Virus record (IMG/VR): IMGVR_UViG_3300025597_000613
Coordinates: 1 to 23,494 of that record
From: a virus
Taxonomy: Duplodnaviria; Heunggongvirae; Uroviricota; Caudoviricetes
Length of the DNA: 23,494 nt
Reading direction: 5' to 3' (one strand)
Shown here: positions 7,306 to 14,784 of the stretch, piece by piece
How the letters are laid out: each line of letters opens with the position of its first letter
Numbering within the stretch: position 1 is the first letter of the stretch
The notes under the pieces: model-generated
What the model saw: only the letters and a program-made list of their open reading frames with translations
Told to the model about the DNA's origin: nothing
Database searches by the model: none
Translations under genes and position numbers: made by a program

Positions 7306-7334
7306 AGTATAGCGAACTTGACCAAGTTGGTCAA
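7306..7334 (-). promoter_or_regulatory. sigma70-type promoter TTGACC-17-TATACT with palindrome CTTGACCA-N3-TGGTCAAG
   Basis: Sequence. Confidence 0.85.
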
Positions 7335-7357
7335 GCACTAAAGAAGGCTTAGGATGG

Positions 7358-7687
7358 TTAGGCCTTCAGGATGATGCAGAGTTGGTACTCAGAGCCCGTC
7401 CAGGGCCCATTCTTGGCAAAATAGCCGCCGATATAGGTTTCCCCGAAGTATTCCTTCAGAAGAGACTCCATCTTCTTCTGTACTTCTTGGGAAGCATAGA
7501 AGACATTGTCGGCGCGCCAGAGCTTCAGGCGCCGCGTGCCATTCTTGCGGACCTGGGTGAAGATCTCATAGCTGTAAGGACCCTTGAGCCCAACCTTGTC
7601 CATAGCCATGCGGAGTTTACCCGACAAGGTATTCGGCATGCAATACATACCTGATAGGGGCCTGGCCTTGATGACGTAGATGCTCAT
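7358..7687 (-). CDS. hypothetical protein
   Basis: ORF, ATGA overlap, GGAGG SD. Confidence 0.75.
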   Translation of the reverse strand: MSIYVIKARPLSGMYCMPNTLSGKLRMAMDKVGLKGPYSYEIFTQVRKNGTRRLKLWRADNVFYASQEVQKKMESLLKEYFGETYIGGYFAKNGPWTGSEYQLCIILKA

Positions 7688-8091
7688 GCTTCCTCCAGAA
7701 GGACTTTCGGTGCAGCCGCAGCAGCCTGTTGGCGCTCACGATAAACAACGATGTCCGCCATGATTTCGAACTTAACCCGTTCCATCAGGGAGACGGCCTG
7801 GTCTTCAGTGTATCCGACGCGCCATTGGCCGCAATTGGTATAGAAACGGAAGTGTTGTTTTCCGCCGACCTTGCAGTAAGCGAAGATGTCGGCACTGTAA
7901 TCCTTGGCGCACGACTTAAGATATGCCTTGCTGAGCAGATAGCGTGCAGCCTTTCTACTCTCCATATCTTCGATTTCGCGCACCTTGGACAGAAGGTAAT
8001 CGCGCATCAGGGATTGAAAATCCTGCGGGATCTCAAACCACAGACCACCGGTGTGACGACGATCTTGCGCACCGAGGAAGATGTATTGCAT
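7684..8091 (-). CDS. hypothetical protein
   Basis: ORF downstream of promoter 8120-8147. Confidence 0.8.
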   Translation of the reverse strand: MQYIFLGAQDRRHTGGLWFEIPQDFQSLMRDYLLSKVREIEDMESRKAARYLLSKAYLKSCAKDYSADIFAYCKVGGKQHFRFYTNCGQWRVGYTEDQAVSLMERVKFEIMADIVVYRERQQAAAAAPKVLLEEA

Positions 8092-8119
8092 TTCGAACTC
8101 GCTTTGTTACTATGCCTCT

Positions 8120-8147
8120 ATTGTAGCAGCCTATTCCTGCTCGTCAA
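8120..8147 (-). promoter_or_regulatory. sigma70-type promoter TTGACG-16-TACAAT, spacer palindrome AGCAG-N7-CTGCT
   Basis: Sequence. Confidence 0.7.
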
Positions 8148-8610
8148 CCTCTTGAGAAACAAGTTTCGCAGCCACGTAGGGTTTTTCTCGCAGTTCCTGG
8201 AACTTGAGATGCTTGGCAGGAATTTCACCTTTGTAGTCATCTGAAATTAGACTTTGAACAGCGAGTTCGTTTCCGTCTGCATCCACAAAGACGCCGAAGC
8301 CGTAGGGAAGATGAACGACACCGGTGGTGCGTGCATGGTTAGGTACCATGAATTCATAACCCTTGTAATTCAGGATATAGAAGTTATCGGCAATGAATTT
8401 CCAGATCGCCGGCAGCAGGTGCTCATCATCCGGATGAATACGGAATTCATCCCGCGTGGAACCACTATCGAGGAGATGAACACTCATCCATCCGTCATCC
8501 TTGTGGCTAACCTTACTGCCAGGAAAGACGGTGAAATACATTTCCACACGAGCACCGAGCATCAGCGCAGTCAGATGCTCGAATGAGAGGACGTGGTAGA
8601 TATTTTTCAC
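8131..8610 (-). CDS. hypothetical protein
   Basis: ORF, ATGA-type overlap. Confidence 0.8.
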   Translation of the reverse strand: MKNIYHVLSFEHLTALMLGARVEMYFTVFPGSKVSHKDDGWMSVHLLDSGSTRDEFRIHPDDEHLLPAIWKFIADNFYILNYKGYEFMVPNHARTTGVVHLPYGFGVFVDADGNELAVQSLISDDYKGEIPAKHLKFQELREKPYVAAKLVSQEVDEQE

Positions 8611-8801
8611 AGTTGCACCGAATACTTCTGCTGAAGTTCCTTCAACTTCTTCTCTTCATCAGACCAGTATTTGTTGGCCTTCTCATGGGCAGCCGGGCTG
8701 ATGGAATCACCGGCGCCATGCTGCTTTCCATCCTCGACGTGGATACTGGCACAAACCATCAGCCAGGCTAGATCTTCACGCGAAATCACCACAAAATCCA
8801 T
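8607..8801 (-). CDS. hypothetical protein
   Basis: ORF with GAAAGG SD. Confidence 0.7.
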   Translation of the reverse strand: MDFVVISREDLAWLMVCASIHVEDGKQHGAGDSISPAAHEKANKYWSDEEKKLKELQQKYSVQL

Positions 8802-8821
8802 TTTATGCCTTTCGGTAAACT

Positions 8822-9085
8822 CATTGCGCCCCGCCCCGTTAATTCGAGCTATATATCCTTAAGGGATATCCAGGCCGTGAAACCTGCAGGTTAATTCCTG
8901 TATTGTAAGCCCCCTTCACGAGAGGCTTGCGGGGTGCAATGAATTCGTTGGAGCACATAGTCCTGCATCTGCGTGGAAACAGTTCCGAAAATGGCATTGA
9001 ACCAGGTTCGTTCATTCACCAAAATCGGTTGGTCTTCTGCCCGCACCTTCCGGGCTGCACCATGCAGGACTATGTGTTCCGCTGA
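8822..9085. ncRNA. candidate two-domain structured RNA or ssDNA element; each domain is a long basal stem closing about four hairpins
   Basis: 13-bp stem 8822-8834/8929-8941 and 19-bp stem 8950-8968/9062-9080, with internal hairpins; minus-strand promoter just upstream. Confidence 0.55.
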
Positions 9086-9091
9086 GCCTCT

Positions 9092-9119
9092 ACTTTAACA
9101 CATAGTAATCCTGTGTCGA
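9092..9119 (-). promoter_or_regulatory. sigma70-type promoter TCGACA-16-TAAAGT
   Basis: Sequence; same -10 as promoters at 4855 and 14756. Confidence 0.55.
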
Positions 9120-9142
9120 CCGGTAAAAGAAAGCCTTCCTAC

Positions 9143-9214
9143 TCATAGCGTCATACTTGTAAAACAGTAGATCCTTCCGATAGTCTCTACTGTTTTACAA
9201 GTATGACGCTATGA
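9143..9214. repeat. perfect 29-bp inverted repeat with 14-nt loop
   Basis: TCATAGCGTCATACTTGTAAAACAGTAGA at 9143-9171, reverse complement at 9186-9214. Confidence 0.95.
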
Positions 9215-9238
9215 CACCGGAAACCTCTACCTCTTCAG

Positions 9239-9263
9239 TGTAACAGTTGTAACTAAATGTAAC
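9239..9263 (+). repeat. three TGTAAC direct repeats
   Basis: Starts at 9239, 9248, 9258. Confidence 0.6.
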
Positions 9264-9519
9264 AACCATCGATCAAAGTATCCCGTAGTCACTCATCCTA
9301 TGTTATAATTAGCCGACGGTTCGAACAGCGTATCTGGGGATGGTGGCCCCATGGCTGGTTCACGGTCCAATGAAGATCACATCACCCAATCTCAAGTTTG
9401 TTGGGCCCAGAGGTTGCCTCCGGTTAAATTTTCCAGCTGAGGTATTCACCTCTTTTCACCAAGGTCAAACAGGGTCTGTGCGCCTGCGTGACGGCATAGA
9501 AAATCTGTGCGTAAGAATT

Positions 9520-9590
9520 GTTACGAAATGTAAAAGATGTAACGAAATGTATCTTCGTTACGAAACTTACAACAGTAACGAAATGTAACA
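9520..9590 (+). repeat. four iteron-like direct repeats GTWACGAAAYKTA
   Basis: Starts at 9520, 9539, 9557, 9575 (period 18-19 bp). Confidence 0.85.
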
Positions 9591-9607
9591 GAAAAAGAAT
9601 AGAAGGT

Positions 9608-9853
9608 CTATTGAAATTTTTTGCTGAAGCCGCGGTTCCGCCGCGTCATTTTCACATCAATGGGAAATTTAAGTTTGAGTAATATCACTTCCTCTTCCTT
9701 AAGTTTTGCCCTGATGCGATATCCCTTACCGTCGCCTTTAATCTGACTGATAAATTCTTTTCGATTTATGGCCACCAAGGCATTCATAAACTGCAAATAA
9801 TGCTCTGCCGGAATTTGAATAATTCGTGAATAAGGTTTGTTCGATGTAGTCAT
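9608..9853 (-). CDS. small protein, paralog family A
   Basis: C-terminal YRIRAKLKEEEVILLKLKF. Confidence 0.8.
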   Translation of the reverse strand: MTTSNKPYSRIIQIPAEHYLQFMNALVAINRKEFISQIKGDGKGYRIRAKLKEEEVILLKLKFPIDVKMTRRNRGFSKKFQ

Positions 9854-10158
9854 TTTATATTATCTATCTTATTCACTGAAAAGAAATCAAATGCTAATTT
9901 CATAATAGCACACTCCGATTCAGTCAACTCTACTTCTACCATAAAGATATCTTCACCGCCATAACCACCCGGAAGAATGAATTTGAGTTTTTCTCTTGTT
10001 CGGTCAAGATTTCTGAGCATATCGAAAAATCTTTCCTTATCTTTAGAATTAAACACCATTGAATATAGTTTTAATTCTGAATCTTTGTTTTCCGTATGCA
10101 TATGCAAGCGCGTTTTCTGTGTAGGATTTTCCCGCAGGATTTGGAGATAAAATTCCAA
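9850..10158 (-). CDS. small protein, paralog family A
   Basis: FMVEVELTESECAIMKLAF. Confidence 0.75.
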   Translation of the reverse strand: MEFYLQILRENPTQKTRLHMHTENKDSELKLYSMVFNSKDKERFFDMLRNLDRTREKLKFILPGGYGGEDIFMVEVELTESECAIMKLAFDFFSVNKIDNIK

Positions 10159-10192
10159 ATCTGAGATTGAAAATTAGATTTCCAAATTAGGC

Positions 10193-10432
10193 CTATGGAT
10201 TGAATGTCATTTCATGCTTTAATTCCACACCGGGAATTAACTTTAGGAATACCACTTCTTCATCAGTTAGTGGCGACATTATATCGAGTCTGAATTCTGG
10301 TCCATCCTTTGCAAAGGGTTTGGAAATTAATTCAGTTGAGTGAATCTTATCCTTCACAATGGCACTAATCTGACCGAAGAGATCATCGGTATAATCAAAC
10401 CTTATTTGATATATTTTTGTTGAATGTTTCAT
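10193..10432 (-). CDS. small protein, paralog family A (start MKHSTK)
   Basis: PLTDEEVVFLKLIP. Confidence 0.75.
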   Translation of the reverse strand: MKHSTKIYQIRFDYTDDLFGQISAIVKDKIHSTELISKPFAKDGPEFRLDIMSPLTDEEVVFLKLIPGVELKHEMTFNP

Positions 10433-10616
10433 ATGTGCCAAATGCTAAGATTGCATATTCAAGGTCATCATCGTGTAGTAATATATCGATGTATGAATTA
10501 TTAGTTCTCGAAGAAGCGACATGCCATATGTCTGTGGTATATGGTAAATGAGACGCCCAGGAGCGCATGCGCTGCGCTTCCAAAAGATCTGAAAAACAGA
10601 ATCTATATCTCTTCAT
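10395..10616 (-). CDS. small protein, paralog family A
   Basis: YIDILLHDDDLEYAILAF. Confidence 0.75.
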   Translation of the reverse strand: MKRYRFCFSDLLEAQRMRSWASHLPYTTDIWHVASSRTNNSYIDILLHDDDLEYAILAFGTYETFNKNISNKV

Positions 10617-10815
10617 GTCTTATAATCTTAAATTTTAAAGAGAGTAGGATAAATTCATCTTCCTCTGAATATATCTTAAATACATAATTCATATCCAGAG
10701 TTCCCTTGCCGTTCTCCACAAAGGTAAGTCTTATGAATTCTGCCGAATTCCCTACAGCATCCTTAAAGGAATGCATATCGGTATCACCACTGAGAAGAAT
10801 TGAATACTCTTTCAT
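10603..10815 (-). CDS. small protein, paralog family A (start MKEYSI)
   Basis: YVFKIYSEEDEFILLSLKF. Confidence 0.75.
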   Translation of the reverse strand: MKEYSILLSGDTDMHSFKDAVGNSAEFIRLTFVENGKGTLDMNYVFKIYSEEDEFILLSLKFKIIRHEEI

Positions 10816-11044
10816 GCTTTTCAATCTTTTCAAACTTGGCACCAGCAAGCTTCAGGATTGTTACTTCTTCATTGTTTAGATATGCGTCGATATAATCGGC
10901 TTCTAATCGAACATCGTAAAGACCGTATCGTAAAGATTTGCGATGTTCTTTCATGCCATCAAGAATCTTCATGAATCGAACAAATTCAAATTTACTGATT
11001 GCAAAACGGCATCGATGAGGTCTTTTATCGTTTGTTTTATGCAT
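10784..11044 (-). CDS. small protein, paralog family A
   Basis: YIDAYLNNEEVTILKLAG; start uncertain. Confidence 0.7.
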   Translation of the reverse strand: MHKTNDKRPHRCRFAISKFEFVRFMKILDGMKEHRKSLRYGLYDVRLEADYIDAYLNNEEVTILKLAGAKFEKIEKHERVFNSSQW

Positions 11045-11226
11045 AGGTTTTGAAATCTAAGTTTGAGATCTAATAGTTCTTCTTCGGTAAGATCGATTTC
11101 GTAAATATAACACATGCCATCGAAATTAACTATCTTCAGTGTATCGGCGTGCATTGATTTTATATAGATGAGAAAGGATTCTCCCCTCTCAGCATCCTCA
11201 CTACCGTACTTGAAGAAATACTTCAT
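10969..11226 (-). CDS. small protein, paralog family A
   Basis: YIYEIDLTEEELLDLKLRF; GAGG SD. Confidence 0.8.
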   Translation of the reverse strand: MKYFFKYGSEDAERGESFLIYIKSMHADTLKIVNFDGMCYIYEIDLTEEELLDLKLRFQNLCIKQTIKDLIDAVLQSVNLNLFDS

Positions 11227-11410
11227 TATACCTCTGAATTCTCATTAATTCGATATTAAGCCGCAAGGGTAGTAGGTCAATCTCGTCTACAAGGCAGTAC
11301 ACGGAAGACCCGAATGTGGTATACATTTTGCCTAATTCCCGCAAATATTCCTCCGCCCTTTTACGGTCTGCCATCGTTTTAAAGTGCAGCATAAAGTGTC
11401 TATTTTCCAC
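11201..11410 (-). CDS. small protein, paralog family A (divergent)
   Basis: VYCLVDEIDLLPLRL; GTG start. Confidence 0.65.
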   Translation of the reverse strand: MENRHFMLHFKTMADRKRAEEYLRELGKMYTTFGSSVYCLVDEIDLLPLRLNIELMRIQRYNEVFLQVR

Positions 11411-11412
11411 AG

Positions 11413-11625
11413 CTATCTTAAGGTAAATTCCGTGCCATACTTGACACGCAAGAAAGACAAAAAGTCTTCCTTTATATTTGCCCTGACCAAAACATATCCG
11501 GTGCTTTCAGAACTATCCACAGGAGAGAAGGCATGCTCCACAGATTCGGGATATACTCCTTCGGCCAACAGATCCTTCACCAATTGAGTGGCAAGGTGTA
11601 TCGTATCTACCTTTAATGTTATCAT
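11413..11625 (-). CDS. small protein, paralog family A
   Basis: YVLVRANIKEDFLSFLRVKY; TGATG overlap. Confidence 0.75.
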   Translation of the reverse strand: MITLKVDTIHLATQLVKDLLAEGVYPESVEHAFSPVDSSESTGYVLVRANIKEDFLSFLRVKYGTEFTLR

Positions 11626-12176
11626 CACAAAACTTTTTCAAAATCCTTGGTATTTTGCGTAGACTCAAAATAGTGATTCTGTAGGATAGAACTAATAATC
11701 ATTCCGGCAATGACAATGATCAGTGGCACCACGAATAGATAGATATTGAGTGCGCCGATAAAGTAACCTGCTACTCCACCGAGGCCGGTACACAGTGCAA
11801 AAATGGCACGAGAGATATTTTTTCTACCTCTTTTAATTTTTTCAGCCATGGCTAGATCCTTAGCACATTCTGATTCGACCTTTTTGAGGTAATCCTCTGG
11901 ATCCCATCCTGTGCCATTGAACCTGATATTTGAATTCAATGAGGCAAGACGATTTTCTCGGGAAAATGAGAGATTGATAAGTATAGGCTCCACAAAACCG
12001 AAGATCCTGCACTTATTCATAATTTCGCTTTTTTTGATTTCTTTTCTATTGGCTACATTATCTAGAAATCTTTGTCGAGTATCCACGACAGTCATTTCAT
12101 GCCAGCCACCAAGCTTTTCAATAAGCTGGTTATATGGTATGCGTGATAGTGTCTTGAAGGTGTCTTCTTCAGTCAT
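11625..12176 (-). CDS. paralog family B protein with C-terminal transmembrane hairpin
   Basis: MTEEDTFKTLSRIPY...GTGWDPEDY plus two hydrophobic helices. Confidence 0.8.
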   Translation of the reverse strand: MTEEDTFKTLSRIPYNQLIEKLGGWHEMTVVDTRQRFLDNVANRKEIKKSEIMNKCRIFGFVEPILINLSFSRENRLASLNSNIRFNGTGWDPEDYLKKVESECAKDLAMAEKIKRGRKNISRAIFALCTGLGGVAGYFIGALNIYLFVVPLIIVIAGMIISSILQNHYFESTQNTKDFEKVL

Positions 12177-12369
12177 AGTTCACCTTTTTGGATTCTTGAA
12201 TATATTCGGACAATTTCCAATTGTGTGTCTTTAGAAAATCTCTTAGATCTGGCATGGAAAGTATTCCGGCATAAGATGTGCCGAACCTATTCATTACCAT
12301 TTCCCTCATACGAAGAATGGAAGGGCGCAAAAGCGCCCTGAATGTGTCATCTTCTGTATATTCTCTCAT
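12169..12369 (-). CDS. small protein, paralog family B
   Basis: TEDDTFRALLRP...HNWKLSEY. Confidence 0.8.
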   Translation of the reverse strand: MREYTEDDTFRALLRPSILRMREMVMNRFGTSYAGILSMPDLRDFLKTHNWKLSEYIQESKKVNYD

Positions 12370-12584
12370 TCTTTACTGTGGTGTAGATTCCAGGCAAGTA
12401 CAAAGATAAACAGAATAGAAATTCCGACGAGCACCCAGAAAATTGCTGCACCGAAGAAGACATATAGCACACCGAGGATGCTACCGATAATCACACCCAC
12501 AAGGCAGCCGCCAGCCAGCGCGCCACAAAGGATGCAGGCTTGCTTCAGTGTACCAAGTAACGAATCCGACAGTCTCTTATCCAT
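12366..12584 (-). CDS. small membrane protein
   Basis: Two long hydrophobic segments; GAAAGG SD. Confidence 0.75.
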   Translation of the reverse strand: MDKRLSDSLLGTLKQACILCGALAGGCLVGVIIGSILGVLYVFFGAAIFWVLVGISILFIFVLAWNLHHSKE

Positions 12585-12684
12585 TATAAACCTTTCTCGA
12601 TATTGTGTTTAGTTGACTGTTGCATTGTAGTGCGAATCGTGTAATTTTACACGGTTGCGAGCCGCTAATTTGTAATAAGGTGTC

Positions 12685-13155
12685 TTATTCCAGGAAAGGG
12701 ACTTCCTCAATTCGCCAGTTCGAATGCGAGTCGGCATACATCCATTCCTGTTCTTCGGATGTGAAGGTAGATTTCTCAGCGTTATAATGGGCCATTCGGG
12801 TTTTGCCCCAAGCAACAACCGGCTGGAGTGCATCAGACTGCATTTTATCATTTTCTGCCCGAAGTCTTTTTCTTTCATCACGCATTTCTTGTGTGATGTC
12901 TTTTTCCTTGATTCCATCAAAGCTCGGAATCTTATGTGGCTTGTGTGGTTTTATCGCAGGCTTTGGATTAGATTCTCCCCAAATTTTCATTCTATCTTCG
13001 ATAATTTGTCGAACTTCCTGGCCTCTAGCAAACAGGCGGCGCCGCCCTTCAACGTAGACTTCTAATTTATTCTTATCAAATGAACTTTGGACAGCGCAGG
13101 TCTGTGCATCGTCATAGGAACCAGTGTCGTACATGACAACATAGATATTTTTCAT
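12685..13155 (-). CDS. hypothetical protein
   Basis: ORF with AAGGA SD. Confidence 0.8.
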   Translation of the reverse strand: MKNIYVVMYDTGSYDDAQTCAVQSSFDKNKLEVYVEGRRRLFARGQEVRQIIEDRMKIWGESNPKPAIKPHKPHKIPSFDGIKEKDITQEMRDERKRLRAENDKMQSDALQPVVAWGKTRMAHYNAEKSTFTSEEQEWMYADSHSNWRIEEVPFLE

Positions 13156-13244
13156 TCGTGATAGGTCCTTGTATTTGTTTAGTGTCTTGTTATGTTGACC
13201 CTAGTTGCCCTAAAAAAAGGGCGCAAAATGCGTAAATCCGGTGT

Positions 13245-13622
13245 TTAATCGCCATTGTCTTCTGGCCCTTGTATGCCGGACAATACCTGCTGGTATTTTG
13301 GGATGGCCGCGGTGTTGAGTCTATCCATGAGGAAGATTGGGTGGCCTAGACGTTGATTATTGAGTTGTTCGATAAGTGGCGGCGCACCAGTTGAATTACT
13401 AAGCACTGGTGAAGGTACCGGCAAGCAGGGTTTGAGCTCTTTTTTCCAGGATGGAACTTTGTGATCACCGGTGGCACTGTTCCAGAAGGCATACCATTCT
13501 TCAACTGATACCTTCATAGTCTTATCGTCCAGCTCACTAGCAAACATATCTAGCTCTTGTAACATTTGCCAATAATGATCCCTCATGCGCTCAATATAGC
13601 GCATATCCGAAAGTTTATTCAT
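13245..13622 (-). CDS. hypothetical protein (start MNKLSD)
   Basis: Start reassigned to ATG 13622 overlapping the upstream stop. Confidence 0.7.
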   Translation of the reverse strand: MNKLSDMRYIERMRDHYWQMLQELDMFASELDDKTMKVSVEEWYAFWNSATGDHKVPSWKKELKPCLPVPSPVLSNSTGAPPLIEQLNNQRLGHPIFLMDRLNTAAIPKYQQVLSGIQGPEDNGD

Positions 13623-14127
13623 TACCGAGCCCCTTGAAAGAACGAGTGAATGCAAGATGTGCAACACCCACCATATCCATAGATTTTACCGGAGGAACAA
13701 ATTGTGCCACCGCAGTCCATTTATCATCTAGTTTGTATTTGTATTCCAGCGCACCGATAAAGCTAATTTTTCTACCGTCATGGATCATGGAATATCCTGT
13801 ACCGGCACCAGCCACAACACCAAAGCTATCAGTGATCATCCATTCCTTGGCCAAATAGAAAGTGGGGCGATTATAGGAGTTATGGTATCCACCTACTTCC
13901 CAACCATTGTTGAACTTATACCCTAGTCCGAAATTATTGTTGTTATAGGATTGCATAGTGACATCAACCTTGGTGTAATTCAAGGAAGGGTCGTCATACA
14001 CATAAAGGGTTCGTGTACGGTGCTCGTGTTCCGATTTACTATGAATCGAGAAGGTGTGAAATACCAACTCATCGGCGTGTGCAACAGAAGCAACCGACAA
14101 CAGAAGCGCAGGAATAATGTATCGCAT
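13615..14127 (-). CDS. exported beta-barrel protein, PagP-like (lipid A acyltransferase fold)
   Basis: Signal peptide; SIH...YNNNNFGLG...GYHNSY parallels PagP WH...YNERPWGGG...KDSW; alternating beta-strand pattern. Confidence 0.6.
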   Translation of the reverse strand: MRYIIPALLLSVASVAHADELVFHTFSIHSKSEHEHRTRTLYVYDDPSLNYTKVDVTMQSYNNNNFGLGYKFNNGWEVGGYHNSYNRPTFYLAKEWMITDSFGVVAGAGTGYSMIHDGRKISFIGALEYKYKLDDKWTAVAQFVPPVKSMDMVGVAHLAFTRSFKGLGNE

Positions 14128-14145
14128 ATGTATCTCCTTACACCT

Positions 14146-14174
14146 ATTATAGAGTAGGCCTACATAATGGTCAA
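14146..14174 (-). promoter_or_regulatory. sigma70-type promoter TTGACC-17-TATAAT, spacer palindrome GTAGGCCTAC
   Basis: Sequence. Confidence 0.85.
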
Positions 14175-14189
14175 GGTAAAGGTATAGAT

Positions 14190-14216
14190 AGAAGAACAGG
14201 GCCCTGTGGGCCCTGT
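14190..14216 (-). terminator. intrinsic terminator ACAGGGCCC-N3-GGGCCCTGT
   Basis: 9-bp GC-rich stem followed by UUCUUC, after gene 14236-14685. Confidence 0.7.
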
Positions 14217-14235
14217 GTCTCAGTGCGCGCCTGGA

Positions 14236-14685
14236 TTAGGCAGCAGCTTCGGCCGGAGCAGCCGGAACTTCGGCAGCCGGGGTCTCGGTGTTCACGACCA
14301 CAACCGGGGCAGCTTCAGCAACCGGAGCCTTGTCCTTGTTCTTCGAACCAGCCGGACGGCCACGCTTGCCGGTGCCAGTCTTGACCTTTTCCTTCTTCGG
14401 ATCACGGCCCAGCTTGACGGTGGCGTCAGCGGTCTCGGCGTCCTTCTTCGCGGCGTTGTACATCGTCGCAGCGGAAGCAACCGACACGCCCAGATCAGCT
14501 TGGATCTTGGTCAGAACGGCAGCACGGAATTCCTTGTTGGTGGCGAACTTGCCAGCAGCGCGGTCAGCCAGCGCAGCAACGAAGATTGCAACAGCCAGCG
14601 ACTTCTTCGAAGGGGCCTTCGGAGCGGCAGCGGCTTGGGTGGCTTCTTGAGCCGGGGCGGTATTTTCAACTTGAACTTGAGTCAT
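14236..14685 (-). CDS. Ala/Lys-rich histone-like protein with AT-hook, paralog of 3954-4355
   Basis: KRGRPAGSKNK AT-hook; FRAAV..LGVSVASAATMYN; GGAG SD; GC3-biased codons. Confidence 0.85.
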   Translation of the reverse strand: MTQVQVENTAPAQEATQAAAAPKAPSKKSLAVAIFVAALADRAAGKFATNKEFRAAVLTKIQADLGVSVASAATMYNAAKKDAETADATVKLGRDPKKEKVKTGTGKRGRPAGSKNKDKAPVAEAAPVVVVNTETPAAEVPAAPAEAAA

Positions 14686-14755
14686 GTGTTTTCTCCAGTG
14701 AGTGTGTGTTTACGTTTACGATCATTGTCTGGGCTATCCCAACCAACGCAGTGCT

Positions 14756-14784
14756 ACTTTAGCGCAGTCCATCCGCAGTGTCAA
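14756..14784 (-). promoter_or_regulatory. sigma70-type promoter TTGACA-17-TAAAGT
   Basis: Sequence. Confidence 0.8.

Noticed and set aside
6237-7307. 356-aa plus-strand ORF
   Set aside because: Antisense shadow of the GC3-rich AAA+ ATPase gene
7275-7334. N-terminal extension of the ATPase given by the ORF track
   Set aside because: Overlaps the promoter; the ATG lies 1 nt after the -10 box; the SD supports TTG at 7274
9520-9590. CRISPR mini-array
   Set aside because: Repeats are 13 bp with 5-6-nt spacers, far below CRISPR dimensions; no cas genes in the window
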